This document shows positions 13,778 through 26,691 of a stretch of DNA of 64,000 nt, one piece after another. The notes under the pieces were generated by a model. That model saw nothing but the letters and a program-made list of their open reading frames with translations, searched no databases and was not told the origin of the DNA. Positions within the stretch are counted from its first letter, which is position 1, and every line of letters begins with the position of its first letter. Source of the DNA: Eledone cirrhosa (lineage: Eukaryota). The position numbers and the translations under genes are program-made. The stretch spans positions 42,222,001 through 42,286,000 of the forward strand of contig OZ024755.1 of the NCBI GenBank assembly GCA_964016885.1, given 5' to 3'.

Positions 13778-14116
13778 AGGCTTGGGCCCCGTGCTATCCG
13801 TCCCATTCAAAAATCTAAATCGCAACTCATAACAACAATACGGCACAATTATTTCACCTCAATCGGCCCTGCTCTCTTCAACATCACACCAGGACACGTC
13901 AAAACAGAAACTGACCACACAAAATTCAAGAAGTCTTTGGACAAATTCCTCCAAGTAATCCCGGACAAACCACCCACACCCGGATATGTCTCCGCAAACA
14001 GTAATTCTCTTCTCGAATGGGCCATGGTGCCCAAATCCTGAATTGAAAGACTTCGCCAGGTGGTGCTATTAAGTTAGACATGGCCTGGGCCAATACTGGC
14101 CAAAACATTTCAAAGT
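13778..14116 (+). mobile_element. 3' fragment of a second CR1-group LINE family
   Basis: Translates RLGPRAIRP...GPALFN..P...[16 protein letters not shown]...ANSNSLLEW. Its 3' motif GGTGC...CATGGCCT-stem-loop is shared with the 9480 element. Confidence 0.85.
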
Positions 14117-14190
14117 TATATATGTATACTTATATATATATACTTATATATATATATATACTTATATATATACTTATATATATATATATA

Positions 14191-14365
<175 letters not shown>

Positions 14366-14372
14366 TTGTGAA

Positions 14373-14586
14373 GGCGTGTGGCTGAGTGGTTAGAGAATTG
14401 GATTCGCAATCGTAAGGTTGTGAGTTCGATTCCTGGACCAGGCGATGCGTTAGGTCCTTGAGCAAGACACTTTATTTCACGTTGCTCCTTCTACCTGGAG
14501 TTGCGACCGATAGATAGTATTAGCAATTGGAAAGACCAACGGAAACATTGTTCCCTCGGTCCGATTTGACGAAAGTCGATCGTTCC
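14373..14586 (+). mobile_element. tRNA-derived SINE with CORE-like block
   Basis: A box TGGCTGAGTGG, B box GTTCGATTCC, CORE-like GTCCTTGAGCAAGACACTT; second copy at 60603. Confidence 0.85.
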
Positions 14587-14602
14587 TATATATATATACT
14601 TG

Positions 14603-14699
<97 letters not shown>

Positions 14700-14738
14700 A
14701 TGTATGTGTGTATCTGGATGTATGTGTATGTATATATA

Positions 14739-14789
<51 letters not shown>

Positions 14790-14858
14790 ATGTGTATATA
14801 TATGTGTGTGTGTGTGTATGTGTGTATGTATATGTATGTGTGTGTGTATGTATGTGTG

Positions 14859-14903
<45 letters not shown>

Positions 14904-15237
14904 GTGGATGAAGGTATGTGTGTATATATAGGTGTAAGTGCACTAAATCCTTTTCTATCACGCTCCACTCTCCTACCCATCACAGGAAGATATATGTGTG
15001 TGTATATTGCTTCCACCCCCTCACTGACCAGCAGCTGGCGATTGCTAAATCTGACCTTTATAAAATAACCCACACCCCAAATAACTTCTCATTCACTACC
15101 AGAAAGGGACACAGCAGTCAACCTGTTGTTGCTACCTAGATGAAAACTGCTATGAAATCCCACAATGAATTTTATACTTGAATTTTCAAGTCTCAAATTT
15201 TAACTCTTCGTATTATTAATTTTTCTTAATATTAATC

Positions 15238-15285
15238 AACATTTGAAAAGATGGCTTTTGCAGACCCATCGAAACCGGTCATTTT
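15238..15285 (+). ncRNA. Type-I hammerhead with U3:A8 core variant (family C)
   Basis: AACAT-TTGAAAA-GATGG..CCATC-GAAA-CCGG-TC^ATTTT. Perfect stem II, palindromic stem III, one stem I mismatch. Confidence 0.65.
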
Positions 15286-15533
15286 TTATACCCTTTATTA
15301 TTTCCTTACCTTATAAAATTATGTTTTTTCACAAAAAAGTATTCTGTCTCTTATATATTCCATGTGCCATTACCAACCTCAATTTTCTCTATAACCTTCG
15401 TTTTGTGTAGAAAATTACACTTTTCATATATATACTTATATATACTTATACTTATATATATATATACTTATATATATACTTATATATGATAAAGAACACA
15501 AGAGCGTCTACAACATCAAAAAAAATGTTATTG

Positions 15534-15578
15534 GCTTACAATGTTTCTTCCTTACGTAACCGTAGGTTTCGTCAGAGC
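15534..15578 (-). ncRNA. Type-I minimal hammerhead (family D) at the end of a PLE-UTR-like fragment (~15488-16180)
   Basis: Minus strand: GCT-CTGACGA-AACCTACG-GTTA-CGTAAGGAA-GAAAC-ATT-GTA^AGC. Confidence 0.7.
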
Positions 15579-16224
15579 TATAAAAGGGGTTTGATTGGTG
15601 TTATGAACTCTACCAACCAAACATTCAAGAACAAAGAGTAAAGAGAGTAAAGAGCAGAAGCAGGGGACAATAAGTCTAATTTTGGTGCGGGAGGGTGGGG
15701 TGTGGGTCCCTGTTTACTAGCTGTGGTCATATTCGTTCCCGGGAGTCGAGTGGTTAGTGGAGCCATAGATGGGGTGGCATCGATAGTAAGGTGCAGAGGG
15801 TGTGCAGAGGCTACACACACACAAAGGGCATATAATATATAACGGAGGAGAAAGTACATGGGGTAATTAGAAATGGAATAAGAATAATAATAATCTATAA
15901 TTAATAATGTATAATAAGGCATGGGGAAGATTACACTATAATAAGATATAAAAGTAAGAATAAGATAAAATATAAAGGAGGATAAAAATGAAAATAAGAA
16001 TAAACATAAAAATATCTATATAAAAAATATATAGAGAATATATAAAAAATATAAGCAAGTATTAGAAAGGGAAAAACACAATGTAAAAAAACAGATTTTG
16101 TTAAATAAAAATATTATAAATATGGGGGGAGAAAACGGGAGAGAGAAATATAATCATATTGTGATTAGTTGAGAGAATATATATACATATACTTATATAT
16201 ATATATATGTATACTTATATATAT

Positions 16225-16320
<96 letters not shown>

Positions 16321-16469
16321 TTATATATATATACTTATATATATATATGTATTTATATATATATATATATATATACTTATATATATATATACTTATATAT
16401 ATATACTTATATATATATACTTATATATGATATTAAATAAATGGAAACTATATTTATAAAACCATATTT

Positions 16470-16533
16470 ATTTCGTTATATATATTTCAGGGATATCATA
16501 TTAACAATATGTTATGCCATCTTCAGACAAAAT
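16470..16533 (-). ncRNA. Type-I hammerhead (family A)
   Basis: ATTTTGT-CTGAAGA-stem II-GAAA-TATATA-TA^ACGAAAT on the minus strand. Confidence 0.8.
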
Positions 16534-16839
16534 ACAATATAAACAGTCTTATAAATAAATAGATACGACATACCTTTCAATCACCTTGCATTTGGTAGGT
16601 TGATTTGGCAGTAAAAAATATTGTGGACAGTTGTAAAAAGAAAGAGATAAAGAGAGAAAGAAAGAGAAACGAAGAAAAAGAAGAAATGCATGTGACTAAA
16701 TAGAGGGATATAGAAAGATAGATAAAGAGAAGAACTTCATGTAAAGAAACAGAGAGGAATATATATAGAGAGAGGAAAAAAGAAAGAGATAGATAGAGAT
16801 AGATAGAGAAATTAGGAAGTTGAGTATCGGTTGATACAT

Positions 16840-16874
<35 letters not shown>

Positions 16875-18246
16875 GCTCTAGTATTAATGTAAAGAGAGAT
16901 GTATGTAGTTAAGAGAGAAAATAGCCGTTATATAGAGAGAAAAAAGAGAAAATGAAAAAGAGAAAATGAAACACAACCAGACATAAACGATGCAGAATTT
17001 AAAACCGCTATGTTTTATCCGTAGAAAATATTAGTTCGTATAGACCAGGCATTATAATGTAAGTACCAGTATTCATGAATGAGACATGTACCTATAATGT
17101 GTGAAAAGTAATGATCTTATGTCTAGTTTTTAAAAATTCATATGTTTATATCATAATTATAAACAAACTCCCAATTCACACGAAAACATACTCATTGTGC
17201 TATAAAAATTCAAGTATACATATATGTGTGTATATATACACATATATATAGAGTCTATATTAATTTTAACAATACTATTCATGTCTTTATTCTACATGAT
17301 TGTCGATCAAGCAGAAATAGAGAACAGATTTCAATATATTAATAAAAATAAAATAAAAATATCAGAGACAAGAAAATAAATAAATAAACAGAAAACTAAA
17401 ACATTTAATATTAAAAATAAAAAATATTACAAAATATTAAAAAATATTAAAAAATAATACAAATAAAACACAGAGATCAGCCTTTCAAAGTTAATTGACA
17501 ATATATTGCCAAGATCATCATAAGCATCAGAGTCGAAACAGATAAAACAAAAATTGTTTACCAAATCCTGTCTAGCAGAAATCATTCCAAAAGTTTAGGA
17601 TACCCATTTGGTCTACATATGTTCTTATAAATTATATAGAAGTTTATCTAGTTTAAAATTTAATTTAATAAGATCATTACTTTTCACACATTATAGATAC
17701 ATGTCTCATTCATGAATACTGGTACTTACATTATAATGCCTGTTTTATACGAACTAATATTTTCTACGAATAAAACATAGCGGTTTTAAATTCTGCATCG
17801 TTTATGTCTGGTTGTGTTTCATTTTCTCTTTTTCATTTTCTCTTTTTTCTCTCTATATAACGGCTATTTTCTCTCTTAACTACATACATCTCTCTTTACA
17901 TTAATACTAGAGCTAAATAAATAAATAAATAAATAAATAAATGTATCAACCGATACTCAACTTCCTAATTTCTCTATCTATCTCTATCTATCTCTTTCTT
18001 TTTTCCTCTCTCTATATATATTCCTCTCTGTTTCTTTACATGAAGTTCTTCTCTTTATCTATCTTTCTATATCCCTCTATTTAGTCACATGCATTTCTTC
18101 TTTTTCTTCGTTTCTCTTTCTTTCTCTCTTTATCTCTTTCTTTTTACAACTGTCCACAATATTTTTTACTGCCAAATCAACCTACCAAATGCAAGGTGAT
18201 TGAAAGGTATGTCGTATCTATTTATTTATAAGACTGTTTATATTGT

Positions 18247-18310
18247 ATTTTGTCTGAAGATGGCATAACATATTGTTAATATGATATCCCTGAAATATAT
18301 ATAACGAAAT
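18247..18310 (+). ncRNA. Type-I hammerhead (family A)
   Basis: ATTTTGT-CTGAAGA-TGG..CCCT-GAAA-TATATA-TA^ACGAAAT. Confidence 0.8.
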
Positions 18311-18570
18311 AAATATGGTTTTATAAATATAGTTTCCATTTATTTAATATCATAAATATACTCCAAATACTTGTTGAGTGCTTTTATATCAGTTATAAAT
18401 ATTTACTCGTTGTTAACCCAACAATTTAAATATAACTTTCCATGTATATACTTATATATATATATATACTTATATATATATATATATACTTATATATATA
18501 TATATACTTATATATATATATACTTATATATATATATATATATATACTTATATATATATATATATATATA

Positions 18571-18625
<55 letters not shown>

Positions 18626-18640
18626 TTATATATATATATA

Positions 18641-18672
<32 letters not shown>

Positions 18673-18991
18673 CTTATATATATATATATACTTATATATA
18701 TATATATACTTATATATATATATATACTTATATATATATATATATACTTATATATATATATATATATACTTATATATATATATATACTTATATATATATT
18801 TATATATATATACTTATATATATACTTATATATATATATACTTATATATATATATATACTTATATATATATATATACTTATATATATATATATATATACT
18901 CATATATATATATATATATATATACTTATATATATATATATATATTTATACGATATTAATAAATGGAAGCTATATTTATAAAACCATATTT

Positions 18992-19054
18992 ATTTCATTA
19001 TACATATTTCAAGGATACCATGTTAAATTATGGTATACCTTCATCAGATAAAAT
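18992..19054 (-). ncRNA. Type-I hammerhead (family A variant)
   Basis: Minus strand: ATTTTAT-CTGATGA-AGGTATACCAT..ATGGTATCCTT-GAAA-TATGTA-TA^ATGAAAT. Confidence 0.8.
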
Positions 19055-19081
19055 ACAATATATACCAGTTTTATAAATAAA

Positions 19082-19192
19082 CATTGACATACCCTTTCAA
19101 AATGCGACCGTTACTTTTGGAAGACATCAGGATAGTCACTATCCTGATGTCTTCCAAAAGTAACGGTCGCATTTTGAAAGGGTACGTCAATG
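19082..19192. repeat. ~110-bp near-perfect palindrome
   Basis: CATTGAC.TACCCTTTCAAAATGCGACC...GGATAGTCACTATCC...GGTCGCATTTTGAAAGGGTACGTCAATG. Confidence 0.9.
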
Positions 19193-19418
19193 TGGTTGCC
19201 TTAACACCGTACGGCATAAATCAGGCTGTCAGTTTCTTTACAAACGGACAAAGCGAGCGTTATAATAAACGTCCGCTAAACTGATACGTACATATATATA
19301 TGTGTACCTGTATGTATATATATATACATGCTACTGTACGTCTGTATACATATATGTATGTACGTATACATACATACTTACATATCTATATACTTATATA
19401 TATATATATTTATATATA

Positions 19419-19607
<189 letters not shown>

Positions 19608-19817
19608 TTATATATATATACTTATATATATATATACTTATATATAGTATTAAGGATACTATTTATGGTTATGTATATACTAAAACCTTTTTATAGTTAT
19701 ATATATTTTAAACCCTAAATAGTGAAAGACAGTAATTTATTACTATCTTATTACCAGTACGATAAATAGCTCAATGTAACAACATCAGTTGTTTTACAGA
19801 GCAGTTATATAGAAATT

Positions 19818-20192
19818 AAAAACGGCTGCTATTTCTGGCGGCACGAGTATAGGACTGCCTAGACGCTGGGATACCATGTGCGTTCAACAACACATTCTCT
19901 CAGTCTTCCTAAGTATTTTGAAGTGAAACATACCAATTTCTGGATACTTGCAGCTGAGCACAGAAATGGAATTTTCACTTATTGTTGCGAAACAGATTTG
20001 AGTTTTGAAATTTAAATTTGTCCAGGTATCACGGCTATTGCCAATATGGGTTTGTTTTTATTTATTTATTATTTTAAATCGAGACAGGCAAACTGTATTA
20101 ATTTAATTAGTATTTTTCAATCTAGCTAACTTGATCATTTGCAGTACAAACACATATATACTTGTATTCGTGTTTATCATATATTAATTTGT
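19818..20192. repeat. Inverted partial copy of the 495-bp repeat at 23992-25028
   Basis: Reverse complement of ~23992-24367. Confidence 0.85.
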
Positions 20193-20254
20193 ATAAGTAT
20201 ATATATATATATAAGTAAATATATATATATATATATAAGTATATATATATATAA

Positions 20255-20327
<73 letters not shown>

Positions 20328-20440
20328 TATATATATATATAAGTATATATATATAAGTATATATATATATGTATATATATATATATAAGTATATATATAT
20401 ATATATAGATTATATATATATAACCATATATATATATATG

Positions 20441-20543
<103 letters not shown>

Positions 20544-20562
20544 TTATATATATATATATATA

Positions 20563-20601
<39 letters not shown>

Positions 20602-20604
20602 TTA

Positions 20605-23464
20605 TAGGGGAGAGTGGAAAGGATGAAAAAGAGGAAGAGATGAGAGTAAAAAGTGGAGGGGGGGGAGTATAATGAGGAAGGAGGAGAGGTGGGTGATAGA
20701 GAGAGAGAGATAGCTTTTATAACTGTGAAAAATATATTGTTTTACATAGAGAGGTTGAAAAACCGTTGGAAGATAATGTATAAATTAAAAGAATTTGAAA
20801 ATTAACGAAGAAAACAATAATGTAAAGTTAAGGTTTGTATATTGAAGGGTTTAATAATATGTGCGATGAAAAGAAATTGTTAATATTTATTAAGAATAAT
20901 ATTTAAGGGTTTAATAATATGTGCGATGGAAAGAAAATGTTAATATGTATTAAGAATAATATTTAAGGGTTTAATAATATGTGCGATGGAAAGAAAATGT
21001 TAATATGTATTAGGAATAATATTTAAGGGTTTAATAATATGTGCGATGGAAAGAAAATGTTATTAAATGCTATTAAATGCTATTAAAAATAGCAAAGGTA
21101 ATGTAAGTAAGGATATATTGTGAAAAAAGTAGATGGGATGAAATAGTTAGATGAGCATGAAAGTGATAAAAAAATAATGAATTGAGGATGAATAATCTAA
21201 CGTCAAAAAAATGTTTATGTTTACGAAGGATTTTTTCAAGGTGATATAAAGTAAGAATATATTGTATTGTGTAATAATTGTTTCTATGTTAGGCACAGTG
21301 AGAAAAGGTACAGATTAGGGGTTAGAAATTAAAAGAAAAAGAAAAGAAAAGGAAAAGGAAGAAAGGGAAGTGATAAATAGGAGTGATATAGAATGAGTAA
21401 CAAGTATTATATAATGTATAATAAATAACTTTGAAATAAGGTAGAAAGATGGGTATATTTTTAAAGAAGTATATATATATGTGCCTTTGAGAAAAGGATT
21501 CTAAATTAATAAAGTATTGGATATTAGCTGTATACTTTATGGTATGTTCTGTAGAATTTATGCAAGCAGAGAGAAAACAAGTCAGAGCGTCTATTTATTA
21601 TAGAATCTAAATTAGATATAATGGTAAATTTTTCATTTAGACAGAGATTGCAAGTCTTGGATAGAGAACTGTTCAAGTATGAAGAAGCAGAAGAAACCTT
21701 TTTCCAAGAGATGTTATATTTAATGTCTTTGTCTTTCAAGGACCATATGAGTTCTGAGAGAGCCGTATTGGTTCTTTTAAGTTGGTATTTAAAAGACGAA
21801 TGATGATTATAAAGACGAGCTTTAAAGGAGGTGGAAGTGGAGCCAAAATAGGTGAAGGAATTGGTGTCAGTTATAACTTTACATTCGTAGATTAAGTTTT
21901 TATCAAGACAATGGTTGTTGAGAGGACATTTATTTTTAACAGGGCAATTGCAATTGCGATTAGAGATATTATTAACGAGTGACCTAGTGTTATCTATAGA
22001 AGGAATTGGATTGGAGAAGTTATTTGCGATAGGAATAATAGTTTCTTGATTTAGAATGGGATTAAGAACATTTAGCGAAGTTGTGTTTGACGTTGTATTG
22101 GGGTTTGCAGAAATTAGCCTAGAGTTTACAATGACGTCGGGAGTACTATTACTATTATTATGATATTCATTGTTGGAAGGAAGAGATTTAGTATTTAGTA
22201 TTTTATTGTTGTGTTTAGAGATAATGTTGGAAATGTTGGAGGATGTCGAATAGGAAAATTTTATAGTGTGTTTGTTAAATATTTTACTATAGATATGTGA
22301 GGGAGGGAAGCATTTATTTAAGGCACTAAAGAATAATTTAGGAATATTATTATTAATAGAGATGGAGAAAGGAGCATTATACCAGATTATGTTTTTGTAT
22401 CTAGGTCTTTTATTAAAGTTATTGGAATGATCATGATTAATTATTCTACTGTAAGATCTTCTAGAATTTGTTTCTTTACTATATTTGATTTTATCAGGAT
22501 AGCCGGCTTTAGAAAGCGCGTTATTTTAGTAATTGGCGTTAGCATCAAAGATGTTTTTATTAGAAGATAGGTTAGATATTCTTTTTCCAATATTACTAAC
22601 TATAGCATTCTTAATATTAGTAGGGTGGTTAGATTTAAAATTAACATAATTTAGGTTCTCATTGTTTTTATGGTAAGGGTAATATAGACCAGTGTCAAGA
22701 TTAAGAGATATATTCAAGAAATTAGCTAGTTTGATGCTGTTATCAAATTCAATTTTTAGGTTATGTTAGTTAAAGAGATTACGTATATTGTTCTTAATAA
22801 TATTAAGGTTAACTATGTTGCAATTTAAGATAGTAAAGAGTCCATCGTCACGATAAATTCCACCGCGAAGTTGAGGAATTTTCCGACTCAAAGAGTTCAA
22901 AATAAAGATACCAATTAAATCTGTCAATTGGGATGAATCGGATGCTCCCATTGTGATGTCGAAGTTGTTAGAGGTATCAGCTCTGGTCCAATATTCATTG
23001 TTGAACTCTAGGATGGTTTTACGTGCAGCGAGAATGATGTGAAGTTTATCTGTGGTGATGTCAGAATATTTAAATGCGAAAGATAGAGCATTGTTGAGAA
23101 GTGAAGGCGAAATAGAAGAATAGTAGCTGGCAATATCAAATTGAACAACTTTTAGTTTGTTTTTATTATTCAATTTGTTGAACCAGCCAATCACTTCAGA
23201 AGTACCAAACCATAAATTTAAGTTCAAAGAAGAACAATTAGAACGAACCTGTGGGTTCTATCCAAGATGGCTTTACTAACAACCCCCAGATCTGATTTAG
23301 AGGGGGCGATTAATCTAACAGGTAGTTCAGTGCGAAAATTGTTTTTGTGATCCTTGAGATTTATCCTCGGAGTTCTTGGGAGGAATGGTTCGGTCTTTTT
23401 TTCGATGCCATTTTGACATAATCTCGGAGGCTTCGAAGTTTATGGATTCTAAATTATCATGGTT

Positions 23465-23467
<3 letters not shown>
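20605..23467 (-). mobile_element. 5'-truncated degenerate Penelope-like element (Naiad-like) with 3' UTR
   Basis: ORF pieces 22766-23227 (QFDI, MGASDSSQL.DL, GIYRDDG), 22526-22717 (PYHK..SNHP) and 21524-21739 (CNLCLNEK..INRRSDL..C.H). Confidence 0.9.
20845..21062. repeat. 60-bp minisatellite, ~3.6 copies, in the PLE 3' UTR
   Basis: AAGGGTTTAATAATATGTGCGATG... recurs every 60 bp. Confidence 0.9.
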
Positions 23468-23534
<67 letters not shown>

Positions 23535-23596
23535 TATATATATATATATATATATATAGATATAAGTATATAAGTATATATATATATATATATACA

Positions 23597-23645
<49 letters not shown>

Positions 23646-23762
23646 TTATATATATATATATATATATGCTTATATATATATATATATATATACTTTTATA
23701 TATATATATATATATATATCATTATATATATATACTTATATATATATATATATACTTATATA

Positions 23763-23824
<62 letters not shown>

Positions 23825-23865
23825 TTATATATATATATACTTATATATATATATATACATATTTA

Positions 23866-23906
<41 letters not shown>

Positions 23907-23991
23907 TTATGTATATATATATATATATATATATACTTATATATATATATACTTATATATATATATATATATATACTTATATATATACTTA

Positions 23992-25028
23992 TACAAATTA
24001 ATATATGATAAACACGAATACAAGTATATATGTGTTTTTATTACAAATGATCAAGTTAGCTGGATTGAAAAGTACTAATTAAATTAATACAGTTTGCCTG
24101 TCTCGATTTAAAATAATAAATAAATAAAAGCAAACCCATATTGGCAATAGCCGTGATACCTGGACAAATTTAAATTTCAAAACTCAAATCTGTTTCGCAA
24201 CAATACGTGAAAATTCCATTTCTGTGCTCAGCTGCAGGTATCCATAAATTAGTATGTTTCACTTCAAAATACTTAGGAAGACTGAGGGAATGTGTTGTTG
24301 AACGCACATAGTGTCCCAGCGTCTAGCCAGTCCTATACTCGTACCGCCAGAAATAGCAGCCGTTTTTATGGGACTAAAAATTTAGCTCAAAACATGGAGC
24401 CCAGAATACTATATATAGAGTTATAAACTCAAACAGTCTTTTACAATTAAATAGCTCAAAGAAAGAGATATTTCCGAGCCGTGAAATACAAATTAATATA
24501 TGATAAACACTAATACAAGTATATAAGTGTTTGTAATGCAAATGACCAAGTTAGCTAGATTGAAAAATACTAATTAATTTAATACAGTTTGCCTGTCTCG
24601 ATTTAAAATAATAAATCAATAAAAACAAACCCATATTGGCAATAGCCGTGATACCTGGACAAATTTAAATTTCAAAACTCAAATCTGTTTCGCAACAATA
24701 AGTGAAAATTCCATTTCTGTGCTCAGCTGCAGGTATCCAGAAATTAGTATGTTTCACTTCAAAATACTTAGGAAGACTGAGAGAATGTGTTGTTGAACGC
24801 ACATGGTGTCCCAGCGTCTAGCCAGTCCTATACTCGTGCCGCCAGAAATAGCAGCCGTTTTTATGGGACTAAAAAATTTAGCTCAACACATGGAGCCGAG
24901 AATACTATATATAGAGTTATAAACTCAAACATGTGTTGAGCTAAATTTTTTAGTCCCATAAAACCGGCTGCTATTTCTGGCGGCACGAGTATAGGACTGG
25001 CTAGACGCTGGGACACCATGTGCGTTCA
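23992..25028. repeat. 495-bp tandem repeat (~1.9 copies) plus terminal snap-back inversion
   Basis: TACAAATTAATATATG at 23992 and 24487; 24931-25028 inverts ~24793-24892. Confidence 0.9.
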
Positions 25029-25050
25029 AACAAGTATATATATAAGTATA

Positions 25051-25130
<80 letters not shown>

Positions 25131-25167
25131 TAGATATATATATATAAGTATATATATATATATATAA

Positions 25168-25204
<37 letters not shown>

Positions 25205-25234
25205 ATGGACTGGGAATCGAACTCACAACCTCAT

Positions 25235-26647
25235 TGTTGTATGGCCTGTTAAATTCGTTTTATTCAATTTACACGTGCTCACACATTTGCATATGAATCA
25301 CGTGACCTGGCCAGTCAGTCAGCGTTGGTATTAAAAACTCGGTCACAGACTGCTACACTTACTTTATGTTATTCTGCTACTGTGAGGAGGGGCGTTTTGG
25401 TTGTTTCGTACAATACACAAATTATTTGATATAACTCGTTGTGATTTCTCTGCGAGTACCGAGAGGAATACAACAGAGTTTATTGGCGTCGACGATAAGA
25501 TTTACCTACATTGCCGATAGGATTTACCTACATTACCGATAGGATTTACCTACATTGCCGATAGGATTTACCTACATTACCGATAGGATTTACCTACATT
25601 GCCGATAGGATTTACCTACATTACCGATAGGGTTTACCTACATTGCCGATAGGATTTATCTACATTGCCGGGAAATTGTTTATTATAAAAACATGGCGGA
25701 ACAACAAACAGCGGAGCTAATAAAGTTGTTTAAAGAACAGATGGAACAACAGAGTTTATTGGCGTCGCAACAAATGCAACAACACAAGAAAGATATGGAC
25801 ACTCTGATAAAACTGTTTGGTGCTCGAGATTGTGAACAACAGAGTTTATTGGCGTCGCCAGTTGCTTCGACACCAACAGCATTCATTCCACCATTTGCTG
25901 CTTTTGATTCAACAACAGAACTATGGCCTGATTACTGTTCAAGATTCTGCACGTTTGTGGCTGCTAACGCTGTACCCGAGCAACTCATGGCACAAGTGTT
26001 CCTGACTAATCAGACGGCTGCTATCTACAAACAACTTGCAAATCTGGCTGCTCAACAAAATCTGCCTAAGGATATCAACAAGTTGACAATGGACGAAATT
26101 GTTGACTTCATGAAAGAACAGTTCGACCCAAAACGTTTCATTGTGAGAGAACGTTTCAAGTTCTGGAGTGACATGCAACGGAAGCCAGGCGAAACTCTCC
26201 AGGAGCTGGCAGCACGTATACGTCAGGATGCAGCTACCTGTGATTTTCCTTCGATCACAAATCCACAAGATGAAGCTCTAAGACAGAGATTTATATGTTC
26301 TGTCAATAATGAAGCTGTGTTGAAGGCTATTTTCAAGATCAAGGATACAGAACTAGATTTCGCCCGTGCTGTCCAAGTTGCCATCGGGACCGAAGACGCA
26401 GCAAAGGTTGCCAAGGAAACTGTTTACGGTTCCAAAACCAAGCAAGTCTACAAGGTCCAGCAGAACAAGAACAAGGGTCCTCGAAAGAACCATCAGCAGT
26501 CTTATTCCACAGACCAGGAGATGTGCTACCGATGTGGAAAGGCCCACAAAGCGACAGACTGCCCCTTCAAAGAAGCCAAATGTCATTTTTGTGACAAAAA
26601 GGGACATTTGCAAGCGGTGTGTAGAAAGAAACAACATCAGCAACGTA
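25235..26647 (+). mobile_element. Ty3/Gypsy (Mag-like) LTR + gag, truncated by a PLE
   Basis: LTR TGTTGTA(25235)...TACAACA(25475); PBS-like TGGCGTCG; gag ORF follows. Confidence 0.85.
25493..25668. repeat. 22-bp minisatellite x8 in the Gypsy leader
   Basis: CGATAGGATTTACCTACATT(G/A)C. Confidence 0.95.
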
Positions 26648-26691
26648 ATTTAACCGCCTTTATTCCTAAATCATGTGTAATGTTGGTGTAA
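25693..26691 (+). CDS. Gypsy Gag with two CCHC zinc knuckles (last ~14 codons come from the adjacent PLE inversion)
   Basis: 332-aa ORF; ERFKF...Q..GE...ELAARIR..A..C.F; CYRCGKAHKATDC and CHFCDKKGHLQAVC. Confidence 0.85.
   Translation: MAEQQTAELIKLFKEQMEQQSLLASQQMQQHKKDMDTLIKLFGARDCEQQSLLASPVASTPTAFIPPFAAFDSTTELWPDYCSRFCTFVAANAVPEQLMAQVFLTNQTAAIYKQLANLAAQQNLPKDINKLTMDEIVDFMKEQFDPKRFIVRERFKFWSDMQRKPGETLQELAARIRQDAATCDFPSITNPQDEALRQRFICSVNNEAVLKAIFKIKDTELDFARAVQVAIGTEDAAKVAKETVYGSKTKQVYKVQQNKNKGPRKNHQQSYSTDQEMCYRCGKAHKATDCPFKEAKCHFCDKKGHLQAVCRKKQHQQRNLTAFIPKSCVMLV

Larger units (their letters stand above)
16428..18445. mobile_element. Non-coding inverted-repeat element (~690-bp arms) with outward-facing hammerheads, in (TA)n
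   Basis: 16429-17120 is the reverse complement of 17668-18351; sibling at 52748-53757. Confidence 0.85.

Noticed and set aside
14373-14450. tRNA gene (also at 60603)
   Set aside because: A/B boxes are present, but it continues into a CORE-like SINE body with no proper acceptor stem or terminator.
25493-25668. CRISPR-like regular repeat
   Set aside because: Contiguous 22-bp units with no spacers, no cas genes, and a eukaryotic LTR leader context.
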